This document shows, one piece after another, positions 52,567 through 59,774 of a stretch of DNA of 59,774 nt. The notes beneath the pieces are model-generated. The model did no database searches. It was not told where the DNA came from and was given only the letters and a program-made list of their open reading frames with translations. Both the position numbers and the translations under genes were made by a program. This stretch comes from a virus: the IMG/VR virus record IMGVR_UViG_3300024259_000034; one strand, given 5' to 3'. Numbering within the stretch: position 1 is the first letter of the stretch; the number at the start of each line of letters is the position of its first letter.

Positions 52567-52992
52567 CTACATAAATCCAACAAATTTCTGTGCTTCGTTT
52601 TCGATCTGATCCTTAGTCGATCCAATGCAATACTTCTTGAAAGCCAAATCCAGCGTTGCTGAATAAAACTCTCCGAACTCAAGATCATCCATATCCTCAA
52701 ACGAGATCGAAAGGGGAGTCAAAACCAAACGTCCGGCGATCACAGTTTCGAGACAGTGACCAACCTCCAGTTTGACCTTGATTAAAAAATGCTTAAACAC
52801 ATCCAACTCATCCTGATTGTCAAACATCAACTGAATGAGCGCCATTCCCTTCTTGTGAAACTGCGGATTCCTCGGTTTCTTGATGTCGGCTTTTAGGATA
52901 CCGCCATTCTTAAACCGCTGCATGATCTCTTCATCTTTCTCACTATCAGGAATCAGAACACCGCCGCGCTCTTTCCGAAAAAATATTTTCAT
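52567..52992 (-). CDS. hypothetical protein (DUF1367-like)
   Basis: RNPQFHKKGMALIQLMFDNQ...PLSISFEDMDDLEF. The start MKIFF forms an ATGA overlap. Confidence 0.4.
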   Translation of the reverse strand: MKIFFRKERGGVLIPDSEKDEEIMQRFKNGGILKADIKKPRNPQFHKKGMALIQLMFDNQDELDVFKHFLIKVKLEVGHCLETVIAGRLVLTPLSISFEDMDDLEFGEFYSATLDLAFKKYCIGSTKDQIENEAQKFVGFM

Positions 52993-53312
52993 TTCTCGTC
53001 CTCTTTTTCCTGGCACTCAACACAAATACAAATCATTTCCATAAAAGGGCTGCACTCTTCTGAACCTGCATCCTTTGGGCCAAGATAGAATATCTCTTCA
53101 AGAGTTTTCTCTTCTCCGCATTTATCGCATGTAAAATCTATTTTTATCGTCTTTAATATGTTGTTTATTACTTCATTAATTTCATCGCTAATTGCCCAAA
53201 TTAAGATCATGGTGCCAACTGTCGGTCTAAAACAATCAATATCTAGCATGGTAGCGCGAGCGATTTCCATCATCCTGTTTTTAATGTTATTCCTATCAAT
53301 TTTTGTTTTCAC
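52989..53312 (-). CDS. Cys-rich hypothetical protein
   Basis: CDKCGEE...CICVECQ. The start is uncertain: either the GTG at 53312, which forms a GTGA overlap, or the ATG at 53273. Confidence 0.45.
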   Translation of the reverse strand: MKTKIDRNNIKNRMMEIARATMLDIDCFRPTVGTMILIWAISDEINEVINNILKTIKIDFTCDKCGEEKTLEEIFYLGPKDAGSEECSPFMEMICICVECQEKEDEK

Positions 53313-53695
53313 CAGACCCTCTCTTCGGGGAACCGGCCACCGAATATGATCTCTTTGAACCTCGTCCGTAGGTGTGATCTCAAAAACAGTTTCCGCTTCA
53401 GACGGTACTCGGCATTTTTTTCCGTCGCAATGGACTTGACATCGATCACCCACTCTTTTTCGTTTTGGATGATCTCAAAATCAGCAACATAATAAATCGG
53501 CAGAATCTTTTTATCGTACCTTGTGAATCCAGGGATCAATAGAAACTTCGGCTGCAGTCTCAAAATTTTGATGTCCGGATCCAGTTTAAATTCCGAATAA
53601 ATCTGAGCTTCATACTTCGACCCAAATTTATAACCGTCGATCTCAACTTTTTCGTTTGAGTATTTGTTCGATCTTCGATACATATTCTCCTCCAT
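53309..53695 (-). CDS. DUF1064-like protein (PD-(D/E)XK-like, putative resolvase/endonuclease)
   Basis: KVEIDGYKFGSKYEAQIYSEF...YYVADFEI...VIDVKS is the DUF1064 pattern. Confidence 0.55.
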   Translation of the reverse strand: MEENMYRRSNKYSNEKVEIDGYKFGSKYEAQIYSEFKLDPDIKILRLQPKFLLIPGFTRYDKKILPIYYVADFEIIQNEKEWVIDVKSIATEKNAEYRLKRKLFLRSHLRTRFKEIIFGGRFPEERVW

Positions 53696-53939
53696 ATAAT
53701 CGCTCCCATTTCAATAATTGTTTCAACTGGCCAATCTTCAAACCCTGGAAAGCCTCTCGATCTCTGGCAGTTCCGTTGTCTGCTTTGTTCTTCATTTTCT
53801 TCGGTTCTTTCGTCAAGGCATCCCTATCAGACCAGCCTTTCAACTTCCGATCATAAATAACCTGATATGGAAACCCTGTAATTCTCGCCCATTGCCCTAT
53901 CGGTAATACTTCGCCGTTCAATTCTAAAAACATCGTCAT
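53643..53939 (-). CDS. putative DNA-binding protein
   Basis: GQWARITGFPYQVIYDRKLKGWS is HTH-like. Confidence 0.45.
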   Translation of the reverse strand: MTMFLELNGEVLPIGQWARITGFPYQVIYDRKLKGWSDRDALTKEPKKMKNKADNGTARDREAFQGLKIGQLKQLLKWERLYGGEYVSKIEQILKRKS

Positions 53940-53942
53940 GGC

Positions 53943-54536
53943 TCATCCTCCGGTCAGTTTTTTGACAGCCTCCCTTTGAAATTCAACACCTTTTTTCAAT
54001 TCTTGTTCGATCTGCTTCGTGTCCTCATCATGCGAATAACCAATAAATTTAAACTCTGGATCATTTATACCGGACAGCTCCGGTAAATAATCACCGCCAC
54101 GCTTCCGATAAATCTTATACATCGCGACAAAATCTTTCTGCCTCCATTGTAATTCATCGGTTTTCCATCGACAAACAGCGACCCAACCTCCCAAACCTCT
54201 CAGCGTTTCAGCGATAGCAGCGTTTTTGAATACCGGGGAAACATAAGCGTTCAGATTTTGAACAACCAACCTCCAGGCTTCCAGGGCTTCATCCTCGATA
54301 TTTTCAACACCGGATCCGGTCATTGCCAGTTCTTTAAATTGACCAATGGTCGGCATAAACGGCTCTGATCTATCGAGAACCTTCTGGACTCCCCACATAA
54401 TTTGTTGATCTGTGAAATCCTTCAAACTGATATGCCATATTTGAATCGTTCTATCTAAATGCTTCAGCTCAATATTACTATTGGCTGAAATCATTTCAAT
54501 CGCATCAATTATCACTGGCCGTTTTGAATATTCCAT
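53943..54536 (-). CDS. hypothetical replication-region protein
   Basis: 197-aa ORF. Confidence 0.5.
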   Translation of the reverse strand: MEYSKRPVIIDAIEMISANSNIELKHLDRTIQIWHISLKDFTDQQIMWGVQKVLDRSEPFMPTIGQFKELAMTGSGVENIEDEALEAWRLVVQNLNAYVSPVFKNAAIAETLRGLGGWVAVCRWKTDELQWRQKDFVAMYKIYRKRGGDYLPELSGINDPEFKFIGYSHDEDTKQIEQELKKGVEFQREAVKKLTGG

Positions 54537-55440
54537 CCTGCCCCTTATCTAAATTGATTGTTTGCTGTGCAGCTTCTTCTCGATACTTATCAAACACGGA
54601 TTTTTGACTACCACTCTCTTTTTTCTTTTCGTTGTTCATTTTACTGAGTAATTTATCATATTTTTCTCTCAGAGATTTTGGGGATTCCACCCTAAAGCAA
54701 TATTGTTCTCCATTATTATGCCCTTTCAGTTCATTAGCTGCGAACACTATGACAACATTAATCTGCGGTATCGACCTTTTATCTTTTTCTACCATCAGTC
54801 GCATTGTCTTGTCCCAAGCTACAAATGAGGAAGGCACTTTAAAGGGTATGCCTTCGGGTGTCGTATTAGCGGTGATAAAATGTTCTCGTAATTCGATTGC
54901 GAATTTCGGAGTATCTTCTCTACTCTCCTCTACTTTACTTTCCTCTTTCTTTACTTTACTTTGCGGTTTTTTGTTAACATTAAACTCTTTTATGTCTACA
55001 TAATCCCCTTTTATGTTAACATAAATAATCTCTTTGGGTTTCTTTTCCATCGAATCAACATCGACTAAAAGATACTCCGCAATCAAAATAAGTTTCTTTC
55101 TTCGCTCACAAGCACTGATATAACGCTTCTGGATGCCTTTTGAAGTGAGGACATTAAAGGCTTTATGGTTATCATTATCAAAGATAGTTTCAGCAATCAT
55201 CGTATTAATGATCGCATCTAACTCATTTATGTTAACATTTACTTTTGATCGATAAATCTTCGCCTCTCGTTCCGTCCATTTCAAATAGTAACCATTTCTA
55301 TATATTTTTGTGAGGAGTTGAATAAAAATTGCAAACCCAAGCAAACCATGTTCCGCTATTAAAAACTCTGTTTTCGGATCCGCCAGAATATCGGTATCAA
55401 GCGAAAAATAATCCAAACCAACTTTATGATCCCTCCCCAT
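54505..55440 (-). CDS. replication organiser, DUF4373 (Lin1244/Lin1753-like) N-terminal domain
   Basis: LDYFSLDTDILADPKTEFLIAEHGLLGFAIFIQLLTKIYRNGYYLKW. Confidence 0.6.
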   Translation of the reverse strand: MGRDHKVGLDYFSLDTDILADPKTEFLIAEHGLLGFAIFIQLLTKIYRNGYYLKWTEREAKIYRSKVNVNINELDAIINTMIAETIFDNDNHKAFNVLTSKGIQKRYISACERRKKLILIAEYLLVDVDSMEKKPKEIIYVNIKGDYVDIKEFNVNKKPQSKVKKEESKVEESREDTPKFAIELREHFITANTTPEGIPFKVPSSFVAWDKTMRLMVEKDKRSIPQINVVIVFAANELKGHNNGEQYCFRVESPKSLREKYDKLLSKMNNEKKKESGSQKSVFDKYREEAAQQTINLDKGQDGIFKTASDN

Positions 55441-55633
55441 CTTCCAGCTCCCCGAAATATTGGTTTAGCTTGAAAAGCGTTTTTGCAAATGGAATAGACC
55501 TGCCTTTCTCTATTTCAATCAGAGCAGGTTTTGAGATGCCGGATCCTGAAGCTAAAACATCAAAAGTTAAGCCATATTTGATTCTGAGTTGGCCTAGCTT
55601 TTTCCCGGCAGTATTCGGATTTTTGAATATCAT
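55424..55633 (-). CDS. XRE/Cro-type HTH transcriptional regulator
   Basis: LGQLRIKYGLTFDVLASGSGISKPALIEIEKGR. Confidence 0.75.
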   Translation of the reverse strand: MIFKNPNTAGKKLGQLRIKYGLTFDVLASGSGISKPALIEIEKGRSIPFAKTLFKLNQYFGELEDGEGS

Positions 55634-55642
55634 ATTATGACC

Positions 55643-55662
55643 TATCTAAAATTGTTTAGATA
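55643..55662. promoter_or_regulatory. inverted repeat (candidate operator) upstream of the Cro-like gene
   Basis: TATCTAAA-attg-TTTAGATA has perfect 8-bp arms and lies 10 nt upstream of the start codon, in an AT-rich gap. Confidence 0.4.
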
Positions 55663-55733
55663 TAATATAGAACTTACTAAAAAAATATTAATTAGTCAAT
55701 ATAAAAGCACATTAAAATATTTCAGGTAGCAGA

Positions 55734-55763
55734 AACCCGTTTGATGTTAACAATAAACGGGTT
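55734..55763 (-). terminator. hairpin after the early-left operon (putative terminator)
   Basis: 9-bp stem AACCCGTTT/AAACGGGTT with a 12-nt loop, 12 nt after the stop at 55775. The T-tract is weak. Confidence 0.35.
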
Positions 55764-55774
55764 ATTGCTTACAT

Positions 55775-56113
55775 TTACTTACCATTTGCCAGCGCAAATA
55801 ATTTTGCCTTCCCGACTTTCTCCATTTCAATTAAGCCTTTTTCCAGCATTTTATACAAAGCAGCATTCCTGATAACTGGAGAGTAACCGCCAGTTTGTGC
55901 GCCAATCTCTGACAATGATTGAGTGCCGCATCTCTTCAGCAGTTCCATAATAGCTTTCTCAATTGGCATTTTGAACCGCTGTCTTTTCTTCGGCTTTTTG
56001 AATTGATCAAAATCAAGCTGAGAATCCTCAACAGCTTTCGGTTCAACTTCTGTTTTTCTTGAACACTCTTTCAAATTACATCCGCAGTTTGGGCAAAAGT
56101 TCATTATTGGCAT
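55775..56113 (-). CDS. zinc-ribbon plus winged-helix DNA-binding protein
   Basis: Start MPIMNFCPNCGC behind AAGGAGA. The C-terminus is MarR/wHTH-like. Confidence 0.5.
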   Translation of the reverse strand: MPIMNFCPNCGCNLKECSRKTEVEPKAVEDSQLDFDQFKKPKKRQRFKMPIEKAIMELLKRCGTQSLSEIGAQTGGYSPVIRNAALYKMLEKGLIEMEKVGKAKLFALANGK

Positions 56114-56123
56114 GGTGTCTCCT

Positions 56124-56531
56124 TTAAAATGGGATATCATCGTCCACAAAATCATCATTTGTAGCTTGATTTGGTGGTGTTTGTGGGTTGAATTGTTGAT
56201 CTTGCTGGCTCTGTGGCTTCGCATCAAGCAATCTGAAAGCCTCGACAACATGAACCACTTTGTACTTTTTTTGGCCCTCATGCTCCCAGGATTGCGTTTC
56301 CTGTCTAGCCCTTACCCAAATTTGAGATCCTTTTCGACAATACTGTTCAATGATCTCGGCTGGTTTATTCCAGAACACCAACGAAATCCACTCAGTGTTT
56401 TCTGTCTGACCAAATTTCGTCGTGACTGCAATTGAAACATTCGTCACGGCCTTGCCGGATGAAGTAAATCTCTTCTCCGGATCCTGGCCCATTCGACCGA
56501 TAAAACAACACTCATTCAATCCTCCTGCCAT
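56124..56531 (-). CDS. ssb: single-stranded DNA-binding protein
   Basis: OB-fold N-terminus (IGRMGQDPEKRFTSSGKAV), a Gln/Pro-rich linker and an acidic DDDIPF tail. Confidence 0.9.
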   Translation of the reverse strand: MAGGLNECCFIGRMGQDPEKRFTSSGKAVTNVSIAVTTKFGQTENTEWISLVFWNKPAEIIEQYCRKGSQIWVRARQETQSWEHEGQKKYKVVHVVEAFRLLDAKPQSQQDQQFNPQTPPNQATNDDFVDDDIPF

Positions 56532-56532
56532 C

Positions 56533-56670
56533 TTATCTCCTATTGATTAGCTTTGAATTCACAACCACAATGCTCACAGAAAGTTTCACACGGCGGATCA
56601 GGAATAAAATATCCTCCTTGCAATTCGGACACTCCGCCATCCAAACTTCAAAACCAGTGACTTCTTCCAT
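56533..56670 (-). CDS. small hypothetical protein (45 aa)
   Basis: Strong RBS TAGGAGGTAAG and a CPNC motif. An alternative frame encodes CETFCEHCGC, so the frame is uncertain. Confidence 0.3.
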   Translation of the reverse strand: MEEVTGFEVWMAECPNCKEDILFLIRRVKLSVSIVVVNSKLINRR

Positions 56671-56678
56671 CTTACCTC

Positions 56679-57659
56679 CTAATAATTGATCGTCAGATGT
56701 CTGACCATCTTTTTTGAAATCACAGCAACCACTTTCGAGGCAGTCGCTGAGTCTATGCCATGAAGTATCAATCCACTTATGGCCTGAGTCTCAATCGTCC
56801 GGCGATGCTCTTTGTCAGCAGCTTTCCGGTCGGCTTCCTTTTGGTTCTGTACCTCAACCTCATCGGCCAACCTTTTCTCTTCGGCTGCACGGCGTTTCTC
56901 GGCTTCAACCGCTTCCTTCTTTTCTTTCTCAGCATTGGCGATTGCCTCTTCCTTTTCACGTTCGGCACGGTCGGCTGCGATCCTGGCATTGGTTTCCTTA
57001 TCTCTCAATTCCTGTTTCTCCTTCTCAGCCTTCTCCTCGACTTCCTTCTTTGCCTGATCAGCAGCCTGTTTCTGCAGGAATACTTCACGTTCCTTTTTGG
57101 CCTGTTCATCACGTTCTTTCTGAATCTCGGCCTCCTGCTCTTTGACTTTCCGTTCACGCTCAAACAGATCATCCATACCGACAGCCTCATCCCAATCTTT
57201 CAGATATTCTGCAAGTGCTAAGGCTTTGGCCTGTATTTCCTTCATTTGAGTCTCATAGACGGTCAAAGGATCGCGAATCTCAGCTTTCAGATATACTAGG
57301 GAGTCTCTGATCATTTTCCGCGCTGAATCTACCTTACCGATCTCGGCTTTCTTATCAGCAACCAGATTCTTTCCAAGATCATCCAGCCACACTTTGGCAC
57401 TGGCAACTTGCGCTGCTCTACTCGCAATCTCTTTCCGTCCTTTGTCCGTTGAAAGGTCCGGAGTAAAATCCTTTGCCTTCGTTTTCATATCCTCCAACAA
57501 TGGCAATGAATTTGTGTCCATGAAAAAAACTGCTGGTGTAACGCTCTCCTTCTTAATTAATTCATCCATCTTTCCTCCTGTTGTTATATTAAGACCTTCA
57601 GCATCACCTGATTTCTGTAATTTTCCATGAACTATGGCTGCTCTATCGATTGCCATCAT
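56679..57659 (-). CDS. coiled-coil Glu/Lys-rich protein (DUF1351-like)
   Basis: 326 aa, positioned between the ERF and SSB genes. Confidence 0.5.
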   Translation of the reverse strand: MMAIDRAAIVHGKLQKSGDAEGLNITTGGKMDELIKKESVTPAVFFMDTNSLPLLEDMKTKAKDFTPDLSTDKGRKEIASRAAQVASAKVWLDDLGKNLVADKKAEIGKVDSARKMIRDSLVYLKAEIRDPLTVYETQMKEIQAKALALAEYLKDWDEAVGMDDLFERERKVKEQEAEIQKERDEQAKKEREVFLQKQAADQAKKEVEEKAEKEKQELRDKETNARIAADRAEREKEEAIANAEKEKKEAVEAEKRRAAEEKRLADEVEVQNQKEADRKAADKEHRRTIETQAISGLILHGIDSATASKVVAVISKKMVRHLTINY

Positions 57660-58489
57660 TCCTCCTTGCCGTCTTTATCGGCTTCTTCTGACATCTTCTG
57701 AATGAAATTGATCAGCGAATATTTGCCTTTATGCTCCTCACCGCCTTCCTTCATTTCAATCGGAAGCTCCTCAAAAATGACATGCGCTTCTTCATACAGA
57801 GGATTCAATCTGGCCGTGATTTTGTCATGCCATTCCGTCAGATTCTTTTTCGACCGTTTGGCATTGAGCCCTTCTCTTTCCTCTTCATTCAGCAGGTTCT
57901 CTTCGCTCAGGAAGTGAAGCATATTTTTGATCACTTCAAACTCTTCCTTCTCGGCTTTCTTTTTGGAATCGACCTCGGCTTCCTTCTGCTCACGTTCGGC
58001 TTTCTCATCGTCGCTCTCGGTCTGTATCTCTTTGTCCTTGCTATCCGGATCGGTTTCCTCTTTGCTCGATACCTTGAACAGTTTGAACATGAAATACTTC
58101 ACGCAGGACGTAACTGCTTGCTGGTAATCTTTTCCACCAGTATCCTGATCAACTCCGTACCAATCATAGAATTCAGAGTATCCGGTTTCGGTATCGACGA
58201 CTTCAAATGCGATCTTCACTCGCGTCCGAAACGTCATCTTATTCTCTTTGCCTCTGAACTCCTTTGTCTCATGCTCAATGATCTCCTGGGCAACATTGAC
58301 ATGGAATTCTGCCAACTTTCCACGCAATGCAGCCATCAACTGATCACTCGAGATGTAAGTGTAATTGCTGAACGTGTTTTTTCCGTCCTGGTCAACCTTT
58401 CCAATCGCCGCCGTGATCTGAGTAATCTTGGAATGCAGTTTGGCTTTCAACTGGCTCATGTACTGAGTCTCAAAGAAATTATCACTCAT
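57656..58489 (-). CDS. erf: ERF-family single-strand annealing protein
   Basis: GKNTFSNYTYISSDQLMAALRGKLAEF...DTETGY...GKDYQQAVTSCVKYFMFKLF. Start MSDNFF behind GGAGGATGAAG. Confidence 0.7.
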   Translation of the reverse strand: MSDNFFETQYMSQLKAKLHSKITQITAAIGKVDQDGKNTFSNYTYISSDQLMAALRGKLAEFHVNVAQEIIEHETKEFRGKENKMTFRTRVKIAFEVVDTETGYSEFYDWYGVDQDTGGKDYQQAVTSCVKYFMFKLFKVSSKEETDPDSKDKEIQTESDDEKAEREQKEAEVDSKKKAEKEEFEVIKNMLHFLSEENLLNEEEREGLNAKRSKKNLTEWHDKITARLNPLYEEAHVIFEELPIEMKEGGEEHKGKYSLINFIQKMSEEADKDGKEE

Positions 58490-59360
58490 CTTCATCCTCC
58501 TTCGTGAAACCGTAATATGGGATTCCAATGTTCTTCCATTGCGGATTCGGTTTACCTGCTTTGATCGTTGCAATCAATTGTGACATCACTTTCTCACCTT
58601 CATCCAGAGTCTCGTCAAACACTCTGAAGAAATCAGTTTCAAACGGTGGCGTATTCCGGACAGACGCGATATAAACATCATCCATGAATATCCCGGTTGT
58701 TCTCATTATCCCTTCCCGGTAAAAATGCAGGGAAAAATGATACAGATAATCGAACATATCTTTCGAGAACATAAAATCACTCTCTGTTTTCGTGGACTTC
58801 CAATCAAGAAAGAACCTGTGCCTGAAACTGAGCAAATCTGGCCGGCACTTGCAGAGGATCCCGCTCATATCACGCCAAAACATACTAATCTCACAGTGGA
58901 AGTCATCGAATAGCCCGACTTCCTTGGCATCGTTGTATAGCTTCTCTGACATAATATAAGAGTTGATTTTTTCATGCTCTGGCAGGACAAAACATTCCGA
59001 ACTATTGGCATCTCTAACTGCAAACCAATCTTTCGTCAGAATCGTTTTCGTGGAGCAAGTTTTGATCCAGGCATCCCATTGATCGATCCAGCCTTCTGCT
59101 CTGGCTTGCATCCCAAGATGGAATGCGTTTCCGCGCTCAAGAGCTATCGTCGTATCAAGGCCGACTCCTTTGCACATTTCGTAATTCTCGAACGATCGTT
59201 TGGCAGTTTTCATCTGTGTACTGCCGTTGAACTCTGTCAGGGAATGGTAAAGCTGGATCGGAAGATTGGCGTAACATTTACCAAGCTCCGGTTTGAAGTT
59301 CGTAAGATCCTTTCCTTTCAGATCGATGATCTCGGGATCTTGCGGTTTCGCATCTGTCAT
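58482..59360 (-). CDS. PD-(D/E)XK exonuclease (RecE/DUF3799/Cas4-like)
   Basis: GNAFHLGMQ...CRPDLL...FLDWKSTK gives a D...D/ExK motif. Confidence 0.65.
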   Translation of the reverse strand: MTDAKPQDPEIIDLKGKDLTNFKPELGKCYANLPIQLYHSLTEFNGSTQMKTAKRSFENYEMCKGVGLDTTIALERGNAFHLGMQARAEGWIDQWDAWIKTCSTKTILTKDWFAVRDANSSECFVLPEHEKINSYIMSEKLYNDAKEVGLFDDFHCEISMFWRDMSGILCKCRPDLLSFRHRFFLDWKSTKTESDFMFSKDMFDYLYHFSLHFYREGIMRTTGIFMDDVYIASVRNTPPFETDFFRVFDETLDEGEKVMSQLIATIKAGKPNPQWKNIGIPYYGFTKEDEDE

Positions 59361-59479
59361 GATAACCTCTAGGTGTCGTGGTTCAATAGGAAAGCTCGAC
59401 GGTTTCGCCGCTGTCGGGCTTTTATTTTGTCAATAATAGACAAGTATATACTAATATAGAAAAGTGCAAATAACAACAA

Positions 59480-59764
59480 TTAATCGCCTTTTGTCGCTAT
59501 TTTTGCCAGATATTTTCCGATTCCGAACTCAATTGCTCCAGAAATCTTCCCTCCGAACTGTTTTTTAGCAATTTTATCCAGTTTCCGTATATCTTTTTCT
59601 TCCATCGTAACGCTCACTCTTCGGATATTCCCAAGACCATCCTCCAGTTCCTCGTTTACGACATGACGGATAAACTCTGATCGGGATTTGAAAAGACCAG
59701 CAGCAACCAAACCGTCAATCTTCGAAACCCGATCAGCGTACATCTTCAGATATTTCCTTTCCAT
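59480..59764 (-). CDS. ribbon-helix-helix (CopG/Arc-type) regulator
   Basis: YLKMYADRVSKIDGLVAAGLFKSRSEFIRHVV is an RHH signature. The start codon and its AAGGAGAG RBS lie in the terminal repeat, 8 nt after the radC stop once the contig is circularised. Confidence 0.7.
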   Translation of the reverse strand: MERKYLKMYADRVSKIDGLVAAGLFKSRSEFIRHVVNEELEDGLGNIRRVSVTMEEKDIRKLDKIAKKQFGGKISGAIEFGIGKYLAKIATKGD

Positions 59765-59774
59765 GACTCTCCTT
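59648..59774. repeat. Terminal direct repeat, right copy (identical to 1..127)
   Basis: Exact 127-nt identity with the left end. Confidence 0.95.

Noticed and set aside
56714-57221. Several overlapping ORFs in multiple frames on both strands within 56.7-57.2 kb.
   Set aside because: They are generated by the purine-rich GAA/AAG repeats that encode the Glu/Lys coiled coil of gene 56679..57659. Only that long frame fits the gene array.
59427-59443. TTGTC-7 nt-GACAA plus the adjacent GTATATAC palindrome as an RHH operator.
   Set aside because: The arms are only 5 bp in a very AT-rich gap, which chance could easily produce. I note the site but do not annotate it.
1-59774. CRISPR arrays, rRNA genes, IS elements or transposases, and prophage att sites. 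The Mu-like tail genes might suggest a transposable phage.
   Set aside because: I saw no repeat-spacer arrays, rRNA-like sequence, MuA/MuB-like genes or integrase genes. The Mu similarity is confined to the tail and baseplate module.

Overview
The window is a complete double-stranded DNA tailed-phage genome. The first 127 nt are identical to the last 127 nt, so the contig closes on itself with a unit length of 59,647 bp. It carries about 115 tightly packed genes, all on the minus strand, many joined by ATGA or TAATG overlaps. Strong GGAGG-type ribosome-binding sites point to a bacterial host. Modules are listed in transcription order, from high to low coordinates, wrapping across the contig ends.

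- 59.8-55.8 kb: RHH regulator plus a PD-(D/E)XK exonuclease / ERF / SSB recombination module.
- 55.6-51.3 kb: Cro-like HTH protein, a DUF4373-type replication organiser and small early genes.
- 51.3-44.1 kb: accessory block with two MazG-like genes, an HNH and an AP2/HNH-like endonuclease, a small radical-SAM protein, DnaJ-type zinc-finger miniproteins and three ~130-nt tRNA-like RNAs.
- 44.0-32.7 kb: an ~11-kb nonulosonic-acid (pseudaminic/legionaminic-type) sugar biosynthesis operon. It contains a cytidylyltransferase, a Gfo/Idh/MocA oxidoreductase, a DegT aminotransferase, two GNATs, a NeuB-like synthase and a PseB-like dehydratase. It ends in a 900-aa Maf-type (DUF115) glycosyltransferase with a TPR tail. 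This is the most unusual content of the window.
- 32.5-24.0 kb: head module with portal, MuF with a C-terminal HExxH domain, an M15 peptidase, the prohead protease and an HK97-fold capsid protein.
- 23.9-9.5 kb: connector and neck, then a Mu-like contractile tail and baseplate (sheath, tube, frameshifted chaperone, tape measure, gp43-48 homologues, fibres).
- 9.2-4.4 kb: membrane proteins, a tRNA-like element, a Dam-like methyltransferase, a ParB-like protein, and TerS/TerL.
- 4.3-0.1 kb: small-gene block that includes an HExxH protein, DUF488 and RadC.

A ~55-nt repeat carrying a sigma-54-type -24/-12 element occurs three times. I found no integrase, transposase, CRISPR array, rRNA or convincing plus-strand gene. 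Family assignments come from motif recognition by eye, not from database searches.
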